From assembly GCA_002843035.1 (NCBI GenBank), contig PHEV01000003.1, positions 7,890-71,889 of the forward strand: a stretch of 64,000 nucleotides of DNA, in the 5' to 3' direction. The notes under the pieces were generated by a model, which searched no databases, was not told where the DNA came from, and was given only the letters and a program-made list of their open reading frames with translations. Position numbers and translations under genes: made by a program. This stretch comes from Actinobacteria bacterium HGW-Actinobacteria-5 (GTDB lineage Bacteria; Actinomycetota; Actinomycetes; Propionibacteriales; Propionibacteriaceae). Positions within the stretch are counted from its first letter, which is position 1, and every line of letters begins with the position of its first letter. This document shows, one piece after another, positions 45,225-53,920 of this stretch.

Positions 45225-46616
45225 TCATCCCAGTCGAGGGTGTAGACGGGGTCTGAACCCGCCGGTCTCGAGCAGGCTCCTGGCGATGTAGTTGGAGAGG
45301 TTGCGGAACCCAAGAGCACTGCCGCGGAGGTGTTCGAGGCGGCCGTTGATCGCCTCGGTCGGACCGTTGGACGTGCCGGGGCGGTCGAAGTAGGCGAGCA
45401 CGTCGTCGGCGCGCTTCCTCAGCGTCCGGCCGAGTGTGGTGAGTTCGACCAGCGCCCTCGGGACACCGCTGCTGATCGAGGCAATCAGGTTGGCCATGAG
45501 CTCGCGGCCGTGGTGGCGGTCTTCGTGGCGGTAGGCGGCGATCATCCGCTGGTAGATCCCCCAGGTCGCCTCGACCTCGACATGCTCCTCGGCCCCGAAC
45601 AACGTGCGGAGTCGAGCGGCCTGCTTGTCGGTCAGCAGCTCGGCGCCGGTGTGCAGGGTCCGCCGCGCGGCATACAGCGGGTCGCCCTTCATCCCGCGGT
45701 GGCCGTGGATGGCCTGCTGCACCCGGCGCCGGCACCGGTCGAGCGCGTCCCCGGCGAGGCGGACGACGTGGAACGGATCCATGACCGCCACCGCGTCGGG
45801 GAGCTCCTCGGCGGCGGCGGTCTTGAAGCCGGTGAACCCGTCCATCGCGACGACCTCGATCCCATCGCGCCAGGTGTCGGGTCGGGCGGCGAGCCAGGTC
45901 TTGAAGGCCTCCTTCGAGCGACCCTCGACCATGTCCAGCAGCCTGGCGGGGCCGGTCTTGTCGCGGATCGGGGTCAGGTCGATGATCACGGTGACGTACC
46001 TGTCGCCGCGCCTGGTGTGCCTCCAGACGTGCTCATCGACGCCGATGACCCTCACGCCGTCGAAGCGGGCCGGGTCGTCGATGAGAACACGTCGGCCTTC
46101 AGCAAGCACGGCGTCGTTGGCGGTGTCCCAGGCGACGTCGAGTCCCTCGGCGATCCGGGTGACGGTGAGGTGCTGCACGACCAGCGCTTCGAGCGCCCAC
46201 CGCAGCCCACGGCGCGAGAGCTTCGACCGCGGCTCGGCCGCACGGGTGGTGTCTTGGCGCCACACGTGCCCGCAGCCGGTGCAGCGGTAGCGACGCACCG
46301 CGACCTCCAACACCGTCGGTCGCCACCCCAGCGGCTCGTGCGCGAGCCGACGGATCACGGTGTCCCGAGCAGCGCCTTCGGCGCCGCAGCGTCGACACCA
46401 CTCGTCCGGGGTCAGGACTCTGCAGGCGAGCACCGCGCGGTCGGGCTCGAGGCGCTGGCCGGTCACGACGAGGTCGAGTTCGTCGAGTCGGCAGAACGTT
46501 GTCAGGTCCGGGCGAGCGAAGCGGGCCCGAGCGGTAGCGACAGGCAACGACGTCAGACCTCCGGATGTCAGGCGTGGAACGTCATCTTCCGAAGACCTCG
46601 ACCACGATCTAGCCAC
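45225..46616 (-). CDS. ISL3-family transposase
   Basis: The zinc-finger region is CRRCGAEG...YRCTGCGH. The DDE region has VIGVDEHVW, VVAMDGF and NGPTEAINGRLEHLR. The N-terminal start is uncertain, and terminal inverted repeats could not be identified by eye. Confidence 0.85.
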   Translation of the reverse strand: MARSWSRSSEDDVPRLTSGGLTSLPVATARARFARPDLTTFCRLDELDLVVTGQRLEPDRAVLACRVLTPDEWCRRCGAEGAARDTVIRRLAHEPLGWRPTVLEVAVRRYRCTGCGHVWRQDTTRAAEPRSKLSRRGLRWALEALVVQHLTVTRIAEGLDVAWDTANDAVLAEGRRVLIDDPARFDGVRVIGVDEHVWRHTRRGDRYVTVIIDLTPIRDKTGPARLLDMVEGRSKEAFKTWLAARPDTWRDGIEVVAMDGFTGFKTAAAEELPDAVAVMDPFHVVRLAGDALDRCRRRVQQAIHGHRGMKGDPLYAARRTLHTGAELLTDKQAARLRTLFGAEEHVEVEATWGIYQRMIAAYRHEDRHHGRELMANLIASISSGVPRALVELTTLGRTLRKRADDVLAYFDRPGTSNGPTEAINGRLEHLRGSALGFRNLSNYIARSLLETGGFRPRLHPRLG

Positions 46617-46721
46617 CGTCGCGCCGGAGTCGCTTCGATCAACGAGTACACCTCATCAGAAGCCCGTTGCCAAGGCCTTGCTCCGTTGTGAGCGACGACG
46701 TCGTGGGGATGGGGATCTCAG

Positions 46722-47042
46722 TCAGTGCAGGGCGCCGAGCTCGACGAGAAGAACGCCGGCGATGATGAGTGCGATGCCGCCCATCATGAGCGCGGTGAGC
46801 GGCTCCTTGAAGAGGGCTTTGGACGCGACGGCCGTTAGGGCAACTCCGGACGCTGCCCAGATGCCGTAAGCGACACCGAGGCCCAGGCCCTCATTAAGGG
46901 CGAGGGTGAGAAACGCGAAGGCCAGGAGGTAGCCGCCGGCGACGGCGGCGTAGTAGGCGCGGACGCCAGTAGCTGCCATGCGCAGCGAGAGGGTAGCGCT
47001 GACCTCGGCAATGATGGCTCCGAGGAGGAACAGGTAAGCCAT
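46722..47042 (-). CDS. SMR-family small multidrug/quaternary-cation efflux subunit
   Basis: 106 aa with 4 TM helices and a conserved membrane Glu (AIIAEVSATLSL). The start codon shares one nucleotide (47042) with the stop of the partner gene. Confidence 0.85.
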   Translation of the reverse strand: MAYLFLLGAIIAEVSATLSLRMAATGVRAYYAAVAGGYLLAFAFLTLALNEGLGLGVAYGIWAASGVALTAVASKALFKEPLTALMMGGIALIIAGVLLVELGALH

Positions 47043-47389
47043 CAGGTGGCTTCTTCGAGGTTCTTGACCGCGTGCTGGGAGCCGAGTTCGACGGTGAGGA
47101 CGCCGGCAATGATGAGGACGATGCCGACGCCCATGAGTGCGGTGAGGGTTTCATCGAAGATCAGCGACGACATCACGGCGGTGGTGGCGACACCGAGGGC
47201 GCCCCAAATGCCGTAGGCGACGCCCAGCGCCATGCCCTGACGCACAACGAGGGCGAGGAGAATGAACGAGGCGATGTAGCCAGCCGCGACGAGCACGTAC
47301 AGTCCGGGTCGATCGAGTGCTCCCTTCAGCGACAGCGAACCGGTGACCTCGCTGAGGATGGCCCCCGCGAGCAGTAGCCACTTGGTCAT
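47042..47389 (-). CDS. SMR-family efflux subunit (paired partner)
   Basis: The ATG at 47389 follows the SD aggaga. The sequence MTKWLLLAGAILSEVTGSLSLK has 4 TM helices. Confidence 0.85.
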   Translation of the reverse strand: MTKWLLLAGAILSEVTGSLSLKGALDRPGLYVLVAAGYIASFILLALVVRQGMALGVAYGIWGALGVATTAVMSSLIFDETLTALMGVGIVLIIAGVLTVELGSQHAVKNLEEAT

Positions 47390-47946
47390 GAGTTCTCCTG
47401 GATGAGGTGGTGTGCGAGTGCTCGAATGGCGTCGGTGTCCTCGTCGGATAGGGCGATGCCGTTGCCGGCGGTGTTGAGCCAGATGCCGTCGGCCAAGAGT
47501 CGGACGCCGTGGAGGCGGGCCCGCTGGTCGGCCGGAAGGGTCTCGGGGACGTCGACCCAGGCCCCCATGCGGCTGTTCCATCGCTCGGTGAGCGGCTCGC
47601 GCAGGCGGGGGTCGGTGAACATGACCAGGTCGCCGTAGTCGAACGGCCCGTCGCAAGCCCAGTCAACGTAGGCGGCGAGGCGTTCGCTGATCGTGGGTAC
47701 GTTTGGGTTGGTGGTAGCCAGGCGGGCGGCCAGATCCCGCTCGTAGCCGTCGAGGAGGTGGTCGATGACGGCGGTCATCAGTGCTTCCTTGGTTGGGAAG
47801 TGGTACATCAGGCCAGCCTTAGTGATTCCTGCAGCGCGAGCTGCGGACACCAGGGAGACAGAGGCGCCAGTGCGGGCCCACGCAAGAGTGCTGGCGAGAA
47901 CGCCGCCTCGCGCCGACGGTCGGTGGGCAGGTGCACTAGTACTCAT
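47386..47946 (-). CDS. TetR-family transcriptional regulator
   Basis: The ATG at 47946 gives the HTH SLVSAARAAGITKAGLMYHFPTKEAL. ATGA overlap with the SMR gene. Confidence 0.85.
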   Translation of the reverse strand: MSTSAPAHRPSARGGVLASTLAWARTGASVSLVSAARAAGITKAGLMYHFPTKEALMTAVIDHLLDGYERDLAARLATTNPNVPTISERLAAYVDWACDGPFDYGDLVMFTDPRLREPLTERWNSRMGAWVDVPETLPADQRARLHGVRLLADGIWLNTAGNGIALSDEDTDAIRALAHHLIQENS

Positions 47947-47959
47947 ATCGACAACTCTA

Positions 47960-47971
47960 CCTACCGGTAGG
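47960..47971. promoter_or_regulatory. 12-bp perfect palindrome CCTACCGGTAGG, candidate TetR operator
   Basis: It lies 14 nt upstream of the tetR start, in an AT-richer leader. Confidence 0.45.
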
Positions 47972-48069
47972 GTAAGTAACAAACTCATGGTGAGCTGGGC
48001 CTCCCGAGCTGAGCGTCAGCATGCTAAGAGCGTGACCGCCCGGCACCTACGACGCCCCGGCCAAGGCGA

Positions 48070-48312
48070 TCAACGGATGACTCGAACACCTCTGTGACTT
48101 CCGCGCGTGGGTTCCGAAACCTCATCAACTATCGCTAGGCCACTACTCAAAGCCGGCGACTTCCAGACCGCGACTACACCCTCGATTGGGATGAGCCGGG
48201 TTACCTTGCCGCAGCGGCCGCACCGCAGGTGGTCGTGGAGCTCGAAGGCGGGTTCGGTGGTTGCGTCGTAGCCGGTGTAGAGGCGGATCATGTCGACGAG
48301 GGATCGAGGCAT
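48070..48312 (-). CDS. hypothetical protein, C-terminus possibly replaced by the adjacent insertion
   Basis: SD aaaggag is present. Composition changes after about codon 45, near the cargo boundary. Confidence 0.45.
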   Translation of the reverse strand: MPRSLVDMIRLYTGYDATTEPAFELHDHLRCGRCGKVTRLIPIEGVVAVWKSPALSSGLAIVDEVSEPTRGSHRGVRVIR

Positions 48313-48330
48313 GGGTGTGGCTCCTTTTGG

Positions 48331-48573
48331 TCAGGTGGGGGTGATCCTTGCTCCTGGGCGGAGGCCGGTGGCGTGGTCGACCTGGGTCCAGCGCTTGCCG
48401 GCGTTGAACTCTGCTTCCATGCGTTCGCACCAGGAGACGAGGGCCTGTTCGGTGAACCGGCCGGCGGTGAAGCCGGGGTCGAGGGATTGCTGCAGGCCGG
48501 TGACGGTTGAGCGGACGCGGTCGGCGACTTCGGGGTCGATGCGTGCGGCCCAGGGGACGCGTCGGGTGGTCAC
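48331..48573 (-). CDS. small ParA-associated hypothetical protein
   Basis: GTGA overlap with the parA stop. The protein is 80 aa. Confidence 0.5.
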   Translation of the reverse strand: MTTRRVPWAARIDPEVADRVRSTVTGLQQSLDPGFTAGRFTEQALVSWCERMEAEFNAGKRWTQVDHATGLRPGARITPT

Positions 48574-49331
48574 AGCACTCCCCTGCCTTTCAGCCAGTCG
48601 TGGACGTCGTGGTAGTCGCCGGTGACCTTGTCGGTGGGTGACCAGCTGGGCAGCGGAACGGCTTGGGCGTGAGCTTCGGCGACGCGGGCGCTGCGGCGCA
48701 CGGGGGGCGCCACGAGGGGCTGGTAGGTGGTGTGCAGCAGTCCCATGACGTCGCTGTAGATCTTGCCGTGGGTGGCTGGCGGCACAATGCACGGCACGAT
48801 GCCGGCGAACACCAGGTTGGGATTGAACGCCTCCTGGACGGCCTGGACGGCGTCGAGCATCTCGGGCACGCCGGCGATCTCCTTCATGGTGGGCTGGGTT
48901 ACGGTCAGGATCGCGTTGGCGGCAACGAGGGCGGAGATGGTGATCGTGGAGACCGATCCGGGGCAGTCGATGAGGACGACGTCGGCGTCGATGCCGGTCA
49001 GCGCCAGGCGGAGCCGCTGTTCGCGGCCGATCACGCTGTTCAGCTCGATCGCGGCCGCGTCGAGGGTCCGGTTGGACGGGACCAGCCGGACGCCCGTCGT
49101 GCGGGTGGGCAGCAGCGCCTCGTCCAGGCTTGCCCGTCGCAGCAGCACGTCACCGAGCGTGATCTGGACCTCGTCGGGCGGGTAACCCAGCCACGACGTG
49201 GCGGTGCCCTGGGCGTCGGCGTCGACGACGACCACGCGACGGGTCTGCCCGATCAGGTCAGCGAGGGTGACCACGGTGGTGGTTTTGCCGGCGGACCCGG
49301 ACGCGTTCGCGACGGCGATGATGCTGGTCAC
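48570..49331 (-). CDS. parA: ParA-family partition ATPase
   Basis: The GTG at 49331 follows the SD ggggagga. Deviant Walker A is ANASGSAGKTTT. VVVDADAQG and VLIDCPG are also present. Confidence 0.85.
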   Translation of the reverse strand: MTSIIAVANASGSAGKTTTVVTLADLIGQTRRVVVVDADAQGTATSWLGYPPDEVQITLGDVLLRRASLDEALLPTRTTGVRLVPSNRTLDAAAIELNSVIGREQRLRLALTGIDADVVLIDCPGSVSTITISALVAANAILTVTQPTMKEIAGVPEMLDAVQAVQEAFNPNLVFAGIVPCIVPPATHGKIYSDVMGLLHTTYQPLVAPPVRRSARVAEAHAQAVPLPSWSPTDKVTGDYHDVHDWLKGRGVL

Positions 49332-49333
49332 CG

Positions 49334-50797
49334 TCAGTCCTCCCCGTCGGTGATGGCGTCGAGCCGGGCCTGTTCCCACTCGGTGGGCAGGTAGCCGGCG
49401 ACCCGGTGCAGCAGCTCGAGGTAGTACCGGTGTACCGGACCCCAGGCCAGGTGTTCGGGCCGGGTGTGGGTCTCGAACGAAGCCAGGGCGATCACCCATG
49501 CGTTCGGGGCGCGCTGCGCGTCCGGGGCCACGGTCAGCGACTTGCGCCACGTCCAGTCGCCCAGCCCGTCGGGGGCGAGTCCGGCCTCGCGGGCGAGGTC
49601 GTAGGCCAGCGCCGTGGTCTGGCTGCCGAGGGCCAACCCGGTCAGCGCCATGGCAACCAGGGCTTCGGTCAGGGTGGCGGCCGGCACCTTGGCGGTGGCA
49701 GCCAGCCGGAGTGCCTGGCCGCGTGCGGAGATGGCCGCCTTGCGGTTCCTCGCCTCGAGGGTCTGCTTGTCGTCCGGGACGGTGCGGGTGCGCCGGATCA
49801 GGTAGTACGCCGGCTCGGAACGGGTGGCCGACACCAGCAGGTTGTTCTCCGCCGCCGCCTTGCGGATGTCGGTGGCTGCGTAGATCTGGTTGCTGTAGCG
49901 GGCATCTCCCAGGCGAGCGAAGACGTTCTCGCAGTACTCGGCGCCGAGTTCCTCGGCGCGCGCCTTCGCGGCGGCCTGCCCGGCCTCGACCTCCCTGTCT
50001 GTCGTCACCCGGCGCACGACAGCAGCCAGGTCGACTCGGGTTGCGACCGCGGCGCTGGGGGCGTCGTCCTCGTCGTCGAGGTCCTCGTCGTCGGCCGGCG
50101 GCGTCGGGGCTTCGGCGCTGATCACCTGGGCGACCTGCTCCCCCGCCCTGGCCACCAGGTCGGGATCCTTGATGGCGGCCAGCTTGAGCGCTTCGCCGAC
50201 CTCGATCCGCCCGTAGTCGACCGCGGCCTGGATGGATTCGGGCAGGGCCAGCAGTTTGAGGCGCTTGGCGACGTGGCTTTGGGAGACGCCGGTCTGTGCG
50301 GCGATCGCCTGCTGGGTCATCTGACGGACCTCGATGAGGTGGCGGTACTGGCTGGCCTCCTCGATCGGGGTGAGGCGCATCGCCTTCGCGGTGTGGAGCC
50401 GGATCATCGCCTCGTCGACGTCGACACCACGCACCACGTAGGGAACGTCGGGCCGGCCAGCACTGCGGGCGGCCGCGAGCCGGCGATGTCCGTCCTGGGC
50501 GACCCACGCCTTGCCGGCGACAGCGTCGGCGTCGTCGGGGTGGGCCTCGAGCCACTCCCCCACCGGTGTCAGCAGGATCGGCACCATCACCCCTACCTCG
50601 CTGACCGAGGGCACCAGGTCGGCGATGTTGACCGACCGTGCCTGCGGGTTGCGTGGGTTCGCCGCGACGTCGTCGACGTGGATGGTCTGCCCGGCGCCGG
50701 CACCCCCCTGCATGGTCTGTACCACGCTGCTGGCCTTGCGTTCGGTACGGAGCTGCGGCACCCCGTCCAATCCTCGTGCCCGCGTCATCCGGCCCAC
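49334..50797 (-). CDS. parB: ParB/KorB-like partition/DNA-binding protein (large, 487 aa)
   Basis: The ParB N-terminal domain has ...VPILLTPV...VAQDGHRRLAAA (Arg patch). The HTH is MTQQAIAAQTGVSQSHVAKRLKLL. Confidence 0.85.
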   Translation of the reverse strand: MGRMTRARGLDGVPQLRTERKASSVVQTMQGGAGAGQTIHVDDVAANPRNPQARSVNIADLVPSVSEVGVMVPILLTPVGEWLEAHPDDADAVAGKAWVAQDGHRRLAAARSAGRPDVPYVVRGVDVDEAMIRLHTAKAMRLTPIEEASQYRHLIEVRQMTQQAIAAQTGVSQSHVAKRLKLLALPESIQAAVDYGRIEVGEALKLAAIKDPDLVARAGEQVAQVISAEAPTPPADDEDLDDEDDAPSAAVATRVDLAAVVRRVTTDREVEAGQAAAKARAEELGAEYCENVFARLGDARYSNQIYAATDIRKAAAENNLLVSATRSEPAYYLIRRTRTVPDDKQTLEARNRKAAISARGQALRLAATAKVPAATLTEALVAMALTGLALGSQTTALAYDLAREAGLAPDGLGDWTWRKSLTVAPDAQRAPNAWVIALASFETHTRPEHLAWGPVHRYYLELLHRVAGYLPTEWEQARLDAITDGED

Positions 50798-50810
50798 CTC
50801 CTCCGATCCG

Positions 50811-50836
50811 TGTTTACAACGTTTACAACGTAAACA
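50811..50836. promoter_or_regulatory. parS-like / operator repeats TGTTTACAAC-GTTTACAAC-GTAAACA upstream of parB
   Basis: An AT-rich island lies 14 bp upstream of the parB start. It has the direct repeat GTTTACAAC twice (50812-50829) and the inverted GTTTAC-aac-GTAAAC (50821-50835). Confidence 0.5.
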
Positions 50837-50962
50837 CTAGCGCGCGGTGTGGGCGTCAAGGCAAGAGGCGCGCCGGGATCGCCCGAACAATCTCGGCGAA
50901 CCCTGTCCGAATCCGGGCGGCTCGCAGGCGTACGGAGTGTGGCGATGGAGCAGGAGGAGCCG

Positions 50963-51238
50963 ATGACCGTGCTGAGTGAGGCGTTCGGCCACATCCGGGT
51001 GGCCACGAACGAACTACTCGTGGCCCGAAACGACGCGGGGGCGTTGGAGATGGGGCTGCTGGCGCTGGACCTGGAGGCGATCCTCGAGGAGCTGGACGTG
51101 GAGCCGGCCTACATCGCGCCGGGGCTGACCGCGTCCGAGTCGCTGGCTGCCGCCGCGGAACTCCTCGACCGGGACAGGTCCCACGTCCCGCTCGGGGTCT
51201 GGAGCAGGCTGCAGGCGCTGGTCGTCCAGGTGGGCTGA
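50963..51238 (+). CDS. small hypothetical protein
   Basis: The ATG at 50963 follows the SD aggagga. An alternative ATG is at 50945. Confidence 0.55.
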   Translation: MTVLSEAFGHIRVATNELLVARNDAGALEMGLLALDLEAILEELDVEPAYIAPGLTASESLAAAAELLDRDRSHVPLGVWSRLQALVVQVG

Positions 51239-52524
51239 TGGCCACGGTCGCGGATCTGGTGGACCTGCTGCACCGGCAGGCGTGGGAGCTGGCCCGGCAG
51301 CGGGTGGAAGACCCGCAGGAGGTGCTGCCGCTGCACATGCGAGGCTGGGTCAAGGTCGCGGCGGCCGCCTCGCGAGCCCTGGCCCTGCTGGACGTCCGAC
51401 GCGACCTCGACGACATCCTCGACCAGCTCGCTGACGGCGGACTGGCCAGCCCAGGACGCCCAGACCGGCGGCTGGCCGACATCAGCGTCACATTCGGCGG
51501 GATCGGGGACCTGCTCGCCGCAGAACACGTCAACGTCGAGCTGGCGGGCTACCCCTCCCGAAGCCGCCTGCACGCCGCCATGTGGGCGGGACTCCACACC
51601 GCCGCCCGGGCCACCCTGGGTGTCGCCCAGGACGCAGGTGGCGGCGAGCCAGCCACCGCCATGGCGACCCTCGCCGGCATCACCGAACTGGCCGCCTTGA
51701 TCCCCCCCTCAGCACGAGAGAACCTGCTGGACCGGCTGCAGGCACCCAGTCCGGGTTCCAGCAGCCTGAAGGGTGCGGTTGACGGATGGGCGGCGGCCGC
51801 CGGTGAAGTCCTCACCGACGATCACCAGGTCACCGGCTACGCGCTGCAGCGCATCGCCGGCAGCATCGCGCTCATCTGTCAGGTGACCGCCGCCACCACG
51901 AAGGAGGCGGCGGCCGCCGGCCTGATCAACCCTGCTGCGGCTCGCATCGCTTCCGGTGCCCTCGAGCACGCCGCGCAGGCGTGGCGGCAGGCCGCGGCCT
52001 GGCCACCCCACCTGCGGCTCGGCGGAAGAACCACCGAGCTGCGGCACGCGTCTACCGTCCTCGACCAGGCGCTCACCAGTCCGCAGGCGGCCGCACGGGA
52101 TCTTCCTGAACGGCTCACCGGCCTGTGGACCGCAGTGAACACCGCCACACTGGTCGGCGACGAGCACCGGGTGATGACAGCCCGGCTCGCTGCTGGTGGC
52201 GGCCTGTGGGTGTCGGTCGCCGCGCTACCGCCGGCCTACCAGGCCACCCACCTGGGTGTCCGCCGTTCCGACTGGGTTCCCCAGCCCGCCAGCAGCACCG
52301 CGACCAGCAAACCGCTCGCCGTGGCCGCCAGAGCCGCCACGGACGCGCTCCGAAGTGCCGCGTCCGAGCTGGACGCCGCCGTCCAGCCCATCCAGGCCGG
52401 AATCGTTGGAGAGCGCTCGAGTGCTGGCCACGCCCAGGTCTGGGAGACGGTCACTCCCCCCAGCCGCCGCCAGGCTCCTCCCGGTCACCGCCAAGCGCCC
52501 ATGCTGCCAGGGCTGGCGCTGTGA
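51238..52524 (+). CDS. Ala-rich hypothetical protein
   Basis: ATGA overlap at 51238. Long ORF with high GC3. Confidence 0.6.
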   Translation: MATVADLVDLLHRQAWELARQRVEDPQEVLPLHMRGWVKVAAAASRALALLDVRRDLDDILDQLADGGLASPGRPDRRLADISVTFGGIGDLLAAEHVNVELAGYPSRSRLHAAMWAGLHTAARATLGVAQDAGGGEPATAMATLAGITELAALIPPSARENLLDRLQAPSPGSSSLKGAVDGWAAAAGEVLTDDHQVTGYALQRIAGSIALICQVTAATTKEAAAAGLINPAAARIASGALEHAAQAWRQAAAWPPHLRLGGRTTELRHASTVLDQALTSPQAAARDLPERLTGLWTAVNTATLVGDEHRVMTARLAAGGGLWVSVAALPPAYQATHLGVRRSDWVPQPASSTATSKPLAVAARAATDALRSAASELDAAVQPIQAGIVGERSSAGHAQVWETVTPPSRRQAPPGHRQAPMLPGLAL

Positions 52525-52601
52525 CTTGGTCGCGAGATTCGTGGCGACACGCCGCGCTGGATACGGCGGATAGGAATATCTATATCGCTAGTGTCGCAGG
52601 C

Positions 52602-52859
52602 ATGGCTAACACCGGACCAGTCCGTCGGCCCCGTAACGCAGAGGCCGTCCCGCTGTTTGTGAAGGTCTCACCAGAGGCAAAAGCCATTGCGGATGGCTGG
52701 GCACGAACCGCGAACGTGAACCTGTGGGAGGTCGTTGAGGCCGCCATCCTGCAGCTGCACAGTACCGAGACTGACGCCGGCCTGCCCGAGATGTTCCCGT
52801 TCGATCCCCAGCCGACGCTGGACGTCGACCCGGCCGAGAGGAGCGCCACCGCTGCGTAG
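52602..52859 (+). CDS. small hypothetical protein (possible ribbon-helix-helix)
   Basis: The ATG at 52602 follows an AT-rich promoter-like stretch (ggaatatctatatcgcta). A hairpin follows the gene. Confidence 0.5.
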   Translation: MANTGPVRRPRNAEAVPLFVKVSPEAKAIADGWARTANVNLWEVVEAAILQLHSTETDAGLPEMFPFDPQPTLDVDPAERSATAA

Positions 52860-52879
52860 CGCACAGTCCTAGACGAGCT

Positions 52880-52910
52880 AGAGGGCCCGTCGTGCGAAGA
52901 CGGACCCTCT
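52880..52910 (+). terminator. stem-loop AGAGGGcCCGTC-gtgcgaa-GACGGaCCCTCT
   Basis: It lies 21 nt after the stop at 52859. The stem is about 12 bp with one mismatch. Confidence 0.5.
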
Positions 52911-52981
52911 GAAGCTGATGGCCAGCCGGCGCCAACCGGAAGGCCTGTTCACAAGCCCTACTCTGCGAAAGGGGCTGCTTT

Positions 52982-53920
52982 GTGCTGCCCACCACGATAC
53001 CTCTGCCTGCCCGGCGACCGTCAAGTGGCACGCCGTGCCTAGTCACTTCTGGTTCGCACTACACCGGCTACGCGAAGCTCGGCTGCCGTTGTGACGCTTG
53101 CGGGGCGGCTGCCGCTCCGGTTCATAAGCGTGCCCGGCACGCTTTTGTGACGGGTCAGCCGATCCTGATCGGCGCCGCGGACGCCGCAGTTCACTTGGGA
53201 GTGCTGGCTGCCGCGGGGATGAGTCGTAGCGAGATCGAGCGCCGGTCCGGGGTGAATCGGGTGACCTTGCTGCGGATTGTGCGCGGTGACCTGTCCCGGG
53301 TGAACCGCAGGACCGCCACAGCGATCTTGGCCGTGGAGCCGGTGCCGAGCGCGGAGCAGGCGGCGGGCTGGGTCGATGGCACCGGCACCAGACGTCGGCT
53401 GCGAGCGCTGATGGCGGCAGGGTGGCCGGCTAGCCGGCTGGCGGTGCGTCTGGGCACGTCGCAGTCGCATATCCGCCGGCTGGTGGAGGACGGCCATCGC
53501 TGCTCTGCGGTGACCAGGGCCCAGGTCGTCGACCTGTACGACGAGCTGTGGGACGTGTCGCCGCCGGAGGACAAGTCGGCCCGGCTTGCCCGCCGGCGTG
53601 CTCAGCTGCAGGGCTGGTCGCTGGCGATGGCGTGGGATGACGACGAGATTGACGATCCCGCGGCCGCGCCTCACAACCCCGCCGGCGGGCGCAGCGCCCT
53701 GCTGGAGAACGTGGTCTGGCTGGCCGACCTGGGCGACACCCTGCCCGGTATCTGCCTGCAGCTCGGCGTGCAGCCTGAGAGCATCTGGCGGGCCGCCTAC
53801 CGGAACGATCGGCTGGACATCTGGGCTCGGCTCACCGCCCCGAGCGTATCCACCCGGCCGGCGTCGACCTGGCCCTCCGACCAGCGCGGCCGCGGAGGCC
53901 GCGCGAGGGGGGCGGCGTGA
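52982..53920 (+). CDS. multi-HTH DNA-binding protein (phage/plasmid regulator type)
   Basis: The N-terminal GYAKLGCRCDACG motif is followed by repeated HTH-like segments (SRSEIERRSGVNRVTLLRIV and ASRLAVRLGTSQSHIRRLV). Confidence 0.6.
   Translation: MLPTTIPLPARRPSSGTPCLVTSGSHYTGYAKLGCRCDACGAAAAPVHKRARHAFVTGQPILIGAADAAVHLGVLAAAGMSRSEIERRSGVNRVTLLRIVRGDLSRVNRRTATAILAVEPVPSAEQAAGWVDGTGTRRRLRALMAAGWPASRLAVRLGTSQSHIRRLVEDGHRCSAVTRAQVVDLYDELWDVSPPEDKSARLARRRAQLQGWSLAMAWDDDEIDDPAAAPHNPAGGRSALLENVVWLADLGDTLPGICLQLGVQPESIWRAAYRNDRLDIWARLTAPSVSTRPASTWPSDQRGRGGRARGAA

Noticed and set aside
45109-46721. Terminal inverted repeats and target duplication of the ISL3 element
   Set aside because: I compared both flanks by eye and found only weak partial matches (for example CGTCGTC). 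This is not enough to call the IS ends.
48570-50555. 661-aa ORF spanning parA and most of parB
   Set aside because: Only its last 253 codons (from the GTG at 49331) encode ParA. The rest is an alternative frame of parB with Arg/Gly/Pro junk.
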